Positions 47,096-56,328 of a stretch of 64,000 bases of DNA are shown here, one piece after another. The position numbers were made by a program, and so were the translations under genes. The stretch covers positions 1 to 64,000 of IMG/VR virus record IMGVR_UViG_3300025853_000046; one strand, given 5' to 3'. The notes beneath the pieces are model-generated. The model made no database searches and was not told where the DNA came from. It worked only from the letters and a program-made list of their open reading frames with translations. The stretch's first letter is position 1. Each line of letters starts with the position of its first letter. This stretch comes from a virus.

Positions 47096-49629
47096 TAAAT
47101 CACCATGTCCAGTAATTGTATTCTTTGTTCTATCTTATCTATAAAACTTTTCCTTACTTTATCCACGGCTTTACCCTTTACGGCAATATTTTTTCCTTCC
47201 GTAGTTATGTTATAAGTTCTTTTACCGGCCCCTTCCGATTGAGCAAAAGATTTTTGTCTTGATGTAGCAAAATCTACACCCGTTAAAGAACTTACAATTT
47301 TAATATCAAAGTTCTGTTGATAATTTGAAACTGCTTGGGCTTCAACTCCAGAACTTTTTTCAGTAATCATTATTACAAAATTAATTTTTCCAGCAGAAGT
47401 ATATTTTGTAGGTTGCCCCCATTGTTTAGGGTTATTACTTTCATTAGTTAATGTGGCATAGAAAATATTTACTAATTTATCAATTATACTTTCTCCTTTA
47501 AACATATCTAAATAACTAAATACTGTTTCCTTACCTTTATCTGCAACTATTCTAAGACTACGGTTGAAAAACTTTGATAAAGACAAACGAATATTATCAA
47601 AGTCTCCTTCATCTAATTCTCTATTATCTAATATATTTTTATACTGTTCTTCATATTTCTTACCTTCTTCTGTTTCAAATAAAGTTTCAAAGTTAGATTC
47701 TATTTCTTCTATTGTAGCAGGTTCGGTCAAATTTCTTAAACTTCTTATGTCTATGTCCAATAGTTCGTCATAAGACTCTAATTGTTTTAATTGATTTTCT
47801 GAATATGTTGGTTCAATAACTATATCTTCTGATTCATTGTTCCTTACTGAATCAGTATATGTGCCAAACACATCTGATATTTCACCACAAATATCTTTTA
47901 AATTTCTCAAATCTTCTCTCATGTTATCGTCAAGATTTCTTAAACCATCAACTATTTCTTCTCTTTCTTCTCCAACCATGAAGGGTTCTAAAAAGTTATT
48001 TAACCTTTCAATAATATTCTCATCGCCCGTAATACCCTCATCTTCTAAATCTTGCTGTTCTTCTTCACCTACAAGAGATTGTTCTGCTTGTAGAGCCACG
48101 CCTGTTATTTGAGTATAATAAGTTTCTATTTCATCTTTTGACATTTGAATTGCTTCTACTTTGTCTAAAAATTCCGTAACTTCTTTAGGTATTTTATCAG
48201 GAATTAAGTCGCTTAAAAGACCGTCTACTATGTCTTCTACTGTTTCTTCATATTCACCTCCAACCGGAATATCCATTTTAGAAGTAAAAGAACCCTTTGA
48301 AGATATTTTATCGTAAGGTTTTTTACCAGCCTTAACATCTAAGAAATCATCAACTGGAATCCAGTCTTGTTCTCTTGTCGTTAAAGTATATTTCCTTTGA
48401 CCTCTACTAAGTTTCACATCATAATCAAAACCTTTTGAATTTACCAAATGGTCTCTAATTACATTTTTCAATGAACTTTCGGAAACGGTTTCTACTCTTT
48501 CAACCATACTTGTATCTCTTGTCCTTGTTCCAACTTCAGGTAAATCAACATCTTCGACTCCTCTACGCTGAACTTCAACAACTTCGGGTGGATTTAAGTT
48601 ATCTATATAATCATTGATTTGTGTATAATACTCATCGCTAATATTCATCAATTTACCTAATTGTTCTCCAGTAAAATCAACGGACTCCTCGCCTTCTTTT
48701 AATGCTCGCCTTTCTCCCTTGACTGTATCGGGAATAGTATAATTTCCTTCTATCCATTTCTTTGTTACCTTTCTTAGGAAAGTTTTCCACTTAATAGGTG
48801 ATAAACTCCCTAATACATTTAAGAAATCAAAATACTGTTGAGCAGTCATTTCTTTTAAAATTAATCTTCTATTATTAGGAAGTCTTGGTATTTCACCACT
48901 TGTATCTAAACCCTTTATACCATTATCGGATGCCCATTCTGCTAACATATCTCCCCATTGAGACTCCTCAATTTCTGTTAATTGTATATACGGGGGACTA
49001 CTTCTCTGAAAATCTTTAGGATATTTAGCACCTTCAATACCATCTAAGGCTCTAAATATATCATTTAATATTGCTTCTGCCCAACCCTCTCTCGCTATAA
49101 CTTTTGCATTTGCTTTAACTTGAGAAGTTGTAGTGCCATCCTCTCCTACCTTTTCGGCAAATAATGATTTAATAGAATTAAACATATTGCCTGTTTTGAT
49201 AAATTGCTTATAACCATGTTTTCCAATTGCTCTTAAAACATTTTCATCATTAATATCTAAGATAGAATAAAAATTTAAAGATTCCCCTTCAAGAACATCT
49301 CTTAAAGTTAAGGGAGTTCTTTCTGAATAACCAAAGTCTTCCAATAAATTCTGTGCTAAAGTATCGTCTTTACCGTAAAAATCTTCTAAATCCATATTTA
49401 GAACATCTTCAAAAGCCGTTTTGTTAATCTTGTCAAACTCTTTATCATTGTAGTCAATCAAACCTCTCACATTTTCGTGGTTGGTTCTTATAAAGGTCGG
49501 TAATTTATTCTTGTTAATAGTTTCACTAAGAATATACTCTACCATTATACGCCTTGCTGTATCTATACTATACTTAGTATTATTAGGTATCGTATCATTA
49601 TATGTTGGAACATTAGTCACGCACTCCAC
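47095..49629 (-). CDS. Large acidic hypothetical virion protein (844 aa)
   Basis: Long ORF in the head module; no recognisable motif. Confidence 0.75.
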   Translation of the reverse strand: MECVTNVPTYNDTIPNNTKYSIDTARRIMVEYILSETINKNKLPTFIRTNHENVRGLIDYNDKEFDKINKTAFEDVLNMDLEDFYGKDDTLAQNLLEDFGYSERTPLTLRDVLEGESLNFYSILDINDENVLRAIGKHGYKQFIKTGNMFNSIKSLFAEKVGEDGTTTSQVKANAKVIAREGWAEAILNDIFRALDGIEGAKYPKDFQRSSPPYIQLTEIEESQWGDMLAEWASDNGIKGLDTSGEIPRLPNNRRLILKEMTAQQYFDFLNVLGSLSPIKWKTFLRKVTKKWIEGNYTIPDTVKGERRALKEGEESVDFTGEQLGKLMNISDEYYTQINDYIDNLNPPEVVEVQRRGVEDVDLPEVGTRTRDTSMVERVETVSESSLKNVIRDHLVNSKGFDYDVKLSRGQRKYTLTTREQDWIPVDDFLDVKAGKKPYDKISSKGSFTSKMDIPVGGEYEETVEDIVDGLLSDLIPDKIPKEVTEFLDKVEAIQMSKDEIETYYTQITGVALQAEQSLVGEEEQQDLEDEGITGDENIIERLNNFLEPFMVGEEREEIVDGLRNLDDNMREDLRNLKDICGEISDVFGTYTDSVRNNESEDIVIEPTYSENQLKQLESYDELLDIDIRSLRNLTEPATIEEIESNFETLFETEEGKKYEEQYKNILDNRELDEGDFDNIRLSLSKFFNRSLRIVADKGKETVFSYLDMFKGESIIDKLVNIFYATLTNESNNPKQWGQPTKYTSAGKINFVIMITEKSSGVEAQAVSNYQQNFDIKIVSSLTGVDFATSRQKSFAQSEGAGKRTYNITTEGKNIAVKGKAVDKVRKSFIDKIEQRIQLLDMVI

Positions 49630-49630
49630 C

Positions 49631-50104
49631 TCAATTGTGCAGTACGAAGATTTCTAAGTTAGACCAATCAGAAGAAGATATTTTAATACCATTCCTACAA
49701 ACAACATTAAAACCACGATAGAAATATGTAGTATCGGCGGCTATGTGAAACTTACATATTAAATTAGCAAGACTATGAAATTGTAAAGGGCCGTTTGTAT
49801 TTCCACCTGTAGTAGATGCAGTAAGTTCAACAGTTGTTGAATCAGTAATAGATAAGACCTTTGTATCAACAGGAATGCCTGTTCCTGTAACTAAATCTCC
49901 TACCGCAAATGCCGATGAATCTTCGACGGTTACTGTAGGGTCATTATTATAAGTAGATACTTGAGTAGATGGGTCATTATTATTATCGGAAATATAGACA
50001 ATGGAGGCTGTTGCCCCGTTGAAAACATTTACTCCTTCAAATGTTCCACCTTTAGTAGAAATATTTTGGTTATTGCTTGTTACTTTCGTTGAATTATACG
50101 GCAT
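49631..50104 (-). CDS. Minor virion protein with GTGIP beta module
   Basis: NNDPTVTV..VGDLVTGTGIPVDTKVLSI..VELTASTTGG. Confidence 0.65.
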   Translation of the reverse strand: MPYNSTKVTSNNQNISTKGGTFEGVNVFNGATASIVYISDNNNDPSTQVSTYNNDPTVTVEDSSAFAVGDLVTGTGIPVDTKVLSITDSTTVELTASTTGGNTNGPLQFHSLANLICKFHIAADTTYFYRGFNVVCRNGIKISSSDWSNLEIFVLHN

Positions 50105-50149
50105 ATCTTTCCCTCTTATTTATCGTTAAGAAGCGTTAGGTATTAAACC

Positions 50150-50497
50150 TTACTCTTCTTCTAATACAGTTAGACCAAGTAGTGCGGCTTTGCTATCAGA
50201 TAATTTATAAGAAATTCCTTGTTCTTTTAACCAAGCCTGTAAATCACGCTTAGTCATTGAAGAGAAATCAAGGACATCCGCTTCACTGACTTCTTCAACA
50301 ATAGTCTCTTCAACAATGGTTTCTTCAACCAATGTTTCTTCAACCAATGTTTCTGTCTCAGCGGAGTCCAAGATTTCAAATCCATTCTTAATAAAAAATT
50401 CTAACAAACGCTCATCAACCTCGTAAGTCAATCCACCTAAGTATTGACTACCAAAGATTGTTTTTGTTCCACCTGTAATATTTTTTACTCTTAACAT
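50150..50497 (-). CDS. Small protein with C-terminal HeH/LEM/Rho-N-like domain
   Basis: DFSSMTKRDLQAWLKEQGISYK..SKAALL. Confidence 0.65.
   Translation of the reverse strand: MLRVKNITGGTKTIFGSQYLGGLTYEVDERLLEFFIKNGFEILDSAETETLVEETLVEETIVEETIVEEVSEADVLDFSSMTKRDLQAWLKEQGISYKLSDSKAALLGLTVLEEE
50294..50353. repeat. 4 x 15-bp tandem repeat encoding (ET[LI]VE)4 linker
   Basis: ttcaacaatagtctc ttcaacaatggtttc ttcaaccaatgtttc ttcaaccaatgtttc. Confidence 0.9.
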
Positions 50498-50506
50498 TTA
50501 CTCACC

Positions 50507-51106
50507 TCATAGAAGACCGTATGCTCTAATTCTAAAAGTTCCTAAGTCACCTGTAACAACTGCACCCGTTGAAAGGGTGCTTGGTTCAAGAACTAAATAT
50601 TCTCCAAGAGTAGCAAGAGCAGTAGCATCTGTAAAAAGCGCACCAGCAGTTGTAATTCTTGTATTTAGTTGAACCAATTTGTTTTCCTGTGCCATAACTT
50701 CAATGTGGCTAAGTCGGGAAAGTCCCAAATCCGAAGCAACAAGAGAAAAGTTATTTCCAACAATAGTAATTTCATCATTTGTAGCATCTGCCGCAACTGC
50801 TGAAACAACCATAGTATTTACACCATCGGTACTAACAATAGTAACTTCACCATCATTTCCACCTGTAGCGGATGAACCAAGAGTAATTGTACTTCCCGGT
50901 GTATAATTTGTTGCGGCATTAAGAGCAGTTCCACTTGCACGAGTAATCGTGTTTGTAGCGGCTACATAATTTACTGTTGTTGTTACTGATGCTGTTGCAC
51001 TCTTAGTTACATTAAGGATAAAATCAACATAGTAATAATGTCCTTGAACTTTTGGTGCAGTAGAACCGTGGTGGTCTGCGATTAATGTGATTGCGTTTAA
51101 TCCCAT
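50507..51106 (-). CDS. Capsid decoration/minor structural protein
   Basis: Directly downstream of MCP, T/A-rich beta protein. Confidence 0.55.
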   Translation of the reverse strand: MGLNAITLIADHHGSTAPKVQGHYYYVDFILNVTKSATASVTTTVNYVAATNTITRASGTALNAATNYTPGSTITLGSSATGGNDGEVTIVSTDGVNTMVVSAVAADATNDEITIVGNNFSLVASDLGLSRLSHIEVMAQENKLVQLNTRITTAGALFTDATALATLGEYLVLEPSTLSTGAVVTGDLGTFRIRAYGLL

Positions 51107-51117
51107 ACTAAATCACC

Positions 51118-52353
51118 TCATTGAAGGTCAATTAACTTGCCTTGTCCACGCACATAAGTACACATTGTTTCTCCGATTGTTCGGTAAAGTCCTCGGTGTC
51201 CTAAGAATCCGTGTCCGAAAACTTCCTTAGTGTTCATACCACCTTCAAAGTATTCAGTAGGCTTAAGAGTACACAAGAACAAATGGTCGGTATCAAGAAG
51301 TAAAATATCTGAAATACCGCTTCCGCCTGTTGGCATATCCTTACAAGGAATAATAGGAATGTCGTGATAGGTAGCAACCTTAAATCCGACTTCTCTTCCC
51401 TTAACTCCTTTAATACCACCATGAGAAGGAACAACTTCTGTTCGACCCATGAATCTTTCTTGGGCTTGGAGAAGTTCTCCTAATGTTTGAATGGTGTCAT
51501 ATCCTGTAAGGAAAACCTTTGGTGAACCGCCACGAGCCATCAAGTTTCGTAGAGCAGTATTAAGCATATTAACAGTCAAGTTACGAGCAGTTCCCGAATT
51601 TGAATCAACATATGCTTCAAGGTATTCTGTTCCCGACGAAGCACGAACAGTTCCGAAAAGATTTAGTTTTGCATTACCGTCAAGATTAGACAAAGCATTC
51701 ATTTCTGCATGAGTTGAAACAATCTTGTAAAGTGAAGTAAGAGAACGCTCTGGATTGTCGTAGTCTTTTCCACTTGAGGCAGGTGCATCCAAACCGGAAG
51801 TAGTCAAATCAGTAAGAACCATTGAGTTCATGGCTTCTGCGTGTGAAATACCAACTTCTTCACGGTAGGTAGAAATAATATCTCCGATACCATCATCCAT
51901 TCCTCCGAGAAGTTGTGCAATCTCCGAAAGTTCAAAGGTATGCGCAACAGTCTTAGGAGAAAGACTTAGGTTTGCGAAAGTAGGCTTAATTTCATCAATA
52001 TTGGAAATTGTAGCGTTTTCTACTTGTCCACCGAGAGTGTCCAAATCGGAAACAGTAAAAACATCAGTATTACCACCAAGAGAACGCCCCTTCATAACTC
52101 TCCAACCACTACTCTTCCACGGCTTCTTAGGAAGCATTGAAAGTGCGTTAATTTCTCGGTTAATCATAGACCAAACTTTTTGTCCATAAACCAAGTTATA
52201 CAAAGTAGCATCTCCACCCGAAGAAGGTGTTCCGCCTGTTTGGTCGTGAATAGGGTGAATACCCGTAAGTGCGGCTTTCAAAATATTACTTCCTCCGGAT
52301 AGTCCGTAGGTCGCTCGCTCTAAGTCTTCAATTGTTCTAAAATATCCTGTCAT
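51118..52353 (-). CDS. Major capsid protein (HK97 fold)
   Basis: Downstream of protease/scaffold; LPKKPW..GWRV, PKTVAHTFELSE, VATYHDIPIIP, LLLDTDHL; ATG 52353 with GAGGTG SD. Confidence 0.88.
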   Translation of the reverse strand: MTGYFRTIEDLERATYGLSGGSNILKAALTGIHPIHDQTGGTPSSGGDATLYNLVYGQKVWSMINREINALSMLPKKPWKSSGWRVMKGRSLGGNTDVFTVSDLDTLGGQVENATISNIDEIKPTFANLSLSPKTVAHTFELSEIAQLLGGMDDGIGDIISTYREEVGISHAEAMNSMVLTDLTTSGLDAPASSGKDYDNPERSLTSLYKIVSTHAEMNALSNLDGNAKLNLFGTVRASSGTEYLEAYVDSNSGTARNLTVNMLNTALRNLMARGGSPKVFLTGYDTIQTLGELLQAQERFMGRTEVVPSHGGIKGVKGREVGFKVATYHDIPIIPCKDMPTGGSGISDILLLDTDHLFLCTLKPTEYFEGGMNTKEVFGHGFLGHRGLYRTIGETMCTYVRGQGKLIDLQ

Positions 52354-52354
52354 T

Positions 52355-53539
52355 TTAAGCACCTCTGTTGTATTTGTCCATTAATTCGTGAACTTCATTC
52401 CATGACATTTCTGAAATGTTATCGAAGTCCTCACTAAGTTGATTGGACACAGATTGAGTTTCTGCGGCCTTAGCGATAGTGTTGTTCTCAAGAGATTTCT
52501 TCAATTGAGAAAATTCTTCCTTAAGTGAAAGAACTGCGTCTGCGGCATTAAACTTGCTCTTAGCAATTTCATCTGCTTCGAGTGCAAGGTCTTTATTATA
52601 TCGGGCTTCAAATTCAGCCTTAATAACTTCGTATGCACGAGCCTCTTCTTTTTCAGCCTTGAATTGTTCATAGGCTTTTTCGATGTTTGACTTTGAAAGG
52701 TCAAGAGAATCAATAGATTCGGCCTTTGCTTCAACAAATTCCGAAAACTCGGCTTTCATTTCTCGACCCATCTTTTCTTCATCTTTCATTTCTTCAACAT
52801 CATCATCATCATCAGATTCTGCTTTCATTTCTTCGCTGTCATAGTCTCCCATTTCAACGGACTCCTCTTCCATTTCATCCATCATCTCAAGTTCTTCCTC
52901 TTGTTCGAGGGTGTCCATTGTATTCTTGAGAACCGTGGATTCACGGAGTTCAGCCATTACTTCATTAAACTCATTAAGAGCCTTTTCTATTTCTGTATTC
53001 ATTTTATTATCCTCCTTTATTAGGTTAAATTTTGCTTCAGGGTTTATGCCCTCTTCGCATATGGTGATTTCATGTAATTCAAGTTTATCAATTTCTTTAT
53101 AACTTCCGGTATCGGAGTCATATTTATTTGTCTTGTTTATCGCCTGTCCACCTATTGAAAAAGAACGAAGATTACCCTTTCTTACATCACGAGCAACCTC
53201 CTTAGCCTTTTCAATATCATTTCTTAATTTTATCACCACAAAAAACCCTGTATCATCAACGCCTGTTTTTAGGACTTTACCATTGGAATCTGTATATTGG
53301 TCTACGACCTCTCCGACTTGAACATTAGAATGTGTAATCATAACATTTCTATATCGGTCTTGTTTCATAAACTTATCAGCCGCTTCACGAATTGCGCCTA
53401 AAGTAATTTTATCATTTTGTTTATCTACTACATCAACTGATGCGTAGCCAGCAATAACACATTCATTATTTTCTTTAAGAATAACGAATTCTCCACCGCT
53501 ATTTGGCTCATCACCAAACATAGGAGTACTTAACTGCAT
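52355..53539 (-). CDS. Prohead protease (HK97-type) fused to acidic scaffold domain
   Basis: IAGYASVDVVDKQND, ITH, LRSFSIGG, LHEITICEEGINPEA; E/K-rich coiled-coil C-terminus. Confidence 0.9.
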   Translation of the reverse strand: MQLSTPMFGDEPNSGGEFVILKENNECVIAGYASVDVVDKQNDKITLGAIREAADKFMKQDRYRNVMITHSNVQVGEVVDQYTDSNGKVLKTGVDDTGFFVVIKLRNDIEKAKEVARDVRKGNLRSFSIGGQAINKTNKYDSDTGSYKEIDKLELHEITICEEGINPEAKFNLIKEDNKMNTEIEKALNEFNEVMAELRESTVLKNTMDTLEQEEELEMMDEMEEESVEMGDYDSEEMKAESDDDDDVEEMKDEEKMGREMKAEFSEFVEAKAESIDSLDLSKSNIEKAYEQFKAEKEEARAYEVIKAEFEARYNKDLALEADEIAKSKFNAADAVLSLKEEFSQLKKSLENNTIAKAAETQSVSNQLSEDFDNISEMSWNEVHELMDKYNRGA

Positions 53540-53562
53540 GATAGGGTCTGTGCTATGTGGAC

Positions 53563-53570
53563 TATATAAA
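53563..53570 (-). promoter_or_regulatory. Archaeal TATA box for a leaderless protease/capsid transcript
   Basis: TTTATATA ends 23 nt upstream of the protease ATG, preceded by A-rich AAAATTAAATAG; no SD. Confidence 0.6.
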
Positions 53571-53581
53571 ACTATTTAATT

Positions 53582-55672
53582 TTAAGAATCGTCTTCATAG
53601 ATATTAATTAGCCCTGAGTCACTCGATTTAGGGGCAGGTTTTGATTCATACCCTGTCCATGCGAGCCACATTTCTTTGTCTTGAACAGGTAAAAATCTAC
53701 AATGTATTTTAGTTTTTACCTCTTTTCCATTTAGAATATACTCGTGATAACCTTTTCTTTGTGCGCCTAAAATCATTGGCCCACGCTCAAGTAGTGTTTC
53801 AGTATCAGGTTTTGGTATTTGCTTACAGGGGTATTTACCGGACTCTCCTAAAAAGTCGTATATCTGTTCATCCCCACTTACTCGTATTTCCCAAGTCATC
53901 TTTTTACCTTGATAAATTATTACAAAATGTAAATATCCGTTCTTTGTAATCCAAAGTTCAAACTCCCCCTTACGAACTTCTGCTTTATTTAACACATCAT
54001 CATCGTGGCTAAACTTTCCAGCAGAATAAACAATTCCGTATGTTTCACCCGCTTTCATTAAACGGTCTTTCATTTTATTTTGTGAATTATTAAAAAGTCT
54101 ATTCATCATCTTAGGGTCATGTTTAGTGGCTCTACCAAAAATATCATCTGCGGATAAATTACCATAATCCATTACTAATTGTTTTACGAATATAAAAAAC
54201 CTACCATTATCTTTACCATAGGCATCTTTTAATTCTTCTTTCCAAAAGTCTATATCTATTGAAGCGTTTTTGGACATTAAATTTTTATCTTTAAATCCGT
54301 GAAAAATAAATCCATCTAAATCTAATTCTGTTTGAAGTTTTGCTACACCATGTATTCCATCTGTAATTTCATATGACTTTGTAAGGGCTTCTATTTTGTA
54401 ATCCCCAAGACTTTTCTTTCCACCTGTTGTTAAAAATTCAAGAGTAATTAACTTATCGGGAAGTTTTACTTCAGGTATTTCGTGAAACTTTGAATTGAAT
54501 AAAGAGAATCCCTTCTTAGGATTACCCATAATTTCATCTGCCGTTACACGAATAATAGTTCCCTCTTCTACATCTTGTTTAGTATTTGTTGTCTTACCGA
54601 CATTCATGTAAAAGTCTCCATCCATTTCAACAGCCTTAATACTATCTTCTTCAACAGGCCCGATACCCATAGAGTAGCCAAAAGTTCCATTTTTATTTTC
54701 AGTTTTAGACAAAACTATAACATCTAAGTCTACAAATTTTTTCCACTTAATCCATTTAGGGTTTTTCTTTTTACCAATAACATAAGAAGATTTAGCATCT
54801 TTAATAACCACACCCTCGGATGCAGGATTATCCATTATCTGCATAGCGTATTCTTCAATCTCGGATAAAGAATCAGCATCACGGGTATTACTTTTATTTG
54901 GAAATAATACCTTTTCATCTGCGTTTGCTGAAAAATTTTTCATAAGAATCATAATGCGTTCTTCTAATTTTTCAGACGCTACGGACTTATCTTCAAAATA
55001 CATAATATCAAATACATGCGCTTTAATATCTGCTTCTTCTGTTACCTTTTTATTAATATGGGCAAGAGTATCTGCTCGAACTAAAGGTTCTCCGTCTTTA
55101 TACATTACTGCTTCGCCGTCTAAAATACAACTTGGAAAAACTCTATTTTCTAAAACCTTAACAACATCAGGCATTTTGTCGGTAATGTCTCTTGCGTTAA
55201 ATGTGTAAATCTTAACCTTATTTTCAAACTTATGAATTTGTATTCTTAGACCATCGTATTTTTCTTGAACAATATAATCATTTGTAAGCCCTTTAATTTC
55301 TTTCATGTCGTCTATTTCAAATATACGATACATTGGTTTATTCGGTTCTATGAATTTTTCGGGTCTATCTTGTTTTACTATTTCAATAGGAGATTGCCTA
55401 TTATTAAAATATCCATAAATTTCACCTGCTTTATTATTTGCTACCGAAAAAGAATCATCAGAAAACAAAACACTGTCATCTATATTAGGAAATTGTTCCT
55501 TAATTTTGGGGTCTTTTAAAAGTTCTCTCAATTGAACTACTAATTTTTCCCAATCCTTTTCATATGCTTTAGGATTTTCCTTAGCACTTAAAAATGTAGC
55601 ACGAACCATGTTACTTAAAGAAGAAACATTTTTTACTACACTATCAAATTGAGTAAATATCATTACTCTCAC
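53582..55672 (-). CDS. lig: ATP-dependent DNA ligase with N- and C-terminal extensions
   Basis: QEKYDGLRIQIH (motif I), ILDGEAV, HVFDIM, EGVVIK, WIKWK, OB domain. Confidence 0.92.
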   Translation of the reverse strand: MRVMIFTQFDSVVKNVSSLSNMVRATFLSAKENPKAYEKDWEKLVVQLRELLKDPKIKEQFPNIDDSVLFSDDSFSVANNKAGEIYGYFNNRQSPIEIVKQDRPEKFIEPNKPMYRIFEIDDMKEIKGLTNDYIVQEKYDGLRIQIHKFENKVKIYTFNARDITDKMPDVVKVLENRVFPSCILDGEAVMYKDGEPLVRADTLAHINKKVTEEADIKAHVFDIMYFEDKSVASEKLEERIMILMKNFSANADEKVLFPNKSNTRDADSLSEIEEYAMQIMDNPASEGVVIKDAKSSYVIGKKKNPKWIKWKKFVDLDVIVLSKTENKNGTFGYSMGIGPVEEDSIKAVEMDGDFYMNVGKTTNTKQDVEEGTIIRVTADEIMGNPKKGFSLFNSKFHEIPEVKLPDKLITLEFLTTGGKKSLGDYKIEALTKSYEITDGIHGVAKLQTELDLDGFIFHGFKDKNLMSKNASIDIDFWKEELKDAYGKDNGRFFIFVKQLVMDYGNLSADDIFGRATKHDPKMMNRLFNNSQNKMKDRLMKAGETYGIVYSAGKFSHDDDVLNKAEVRKGEFELWITKNGYLHFVIIYQGKKMTWEIRVSGDEQIYDFLGESGKYPCKQIPKPDTETLLERGPMILGAQRKGYHEYILNGKEVKTKIHCRFLPVQDKEMWLAWTGYESKPAPKSSDSGLINIYEDDS

Positions 55673-56091
55673 ATCTCGTCACTTGGAGTTAAAGCCGCCT
55701 CTTCATTTACCGTTAAGGTATGTCGAAGACGCTTAAGTTTTCCGAGTGCTGTTTCTAAAGCGGCCTCTACATCTTTATCTTGAGAATCTTCGGCAGGTGC
55801 TACTGATTCTACACGAACTTCTTCTTGGTCGGGTTCTGCTTTGTATGTCATATTTTCAGGCATTAATTTACTTTGGTAATTTCTCTTAACCGTCGTCTGT
55901 TCCTTTGTAATTGGTTTAGCCGCCAACCGTTCAACATTAACTTGCTTTCCAGCATTCTCATTCTTTTGTGCATCGGCAGGTTCATACCCCAGTGCATTAG
56001 TAAGCAAAACTGTAAGTTCAGTTAATTGCGTTAAAACATCTACTCCCTGCATATCGGCTTCATCGGCTACCATTGTTTCTTTTTTACTCAT
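55669..56091 (-). CDS. Hypothetical protein
   Basis: Coupled ORF in the head module. Confidence 0.65.
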   Translation of the reverse strand: MSKKETMVADEADMQGVDVLTQLTELTVLLTNALGYEPADAQKNENAGKQVNVERLAAKPITKEQTTVKRNYQSKLMPENMTYKAEPDQEEVRVESVAPAEDSQDKDVEAALETALGKLKRLRHTLTVNEEAALTPSDEM

Positions 56092-56324
56092 ATTGTTCCC
56101 TCCAAATTTTTGACAAGTGAATCCAAATCACTCCAATCCATCTTTGAAATCACATCACCATTTGGCATACCCGCTTGGGCTTTTATGCTTGGTCTTGGAC
56201 TTCTTACAAATCCGGACTTCATAATTGCTGTGTCTGAATCTGCTAATTTTCTTTCTAAATCCTTAACCTTGTCGGATAGGGCTTTCAATATTTCTAAAAT
56301 TTCCACTGTTGTTTCTTCTTCCAT
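56088..56324 (-). CDS. Hypothetical coiled-coil protein
   Basis: GAGGAGG SD before ATG 56324. Confidence 0.6.
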   Translation of the reverse strand: MEEETTVEILEILKALSDKVKDLERKLADSDTAIMKSGFVRSPRPSIKAQAGMPNGDVISKMDWSDLDSLVKNLEGTI

Positions 56325-56328
56325 TTTT

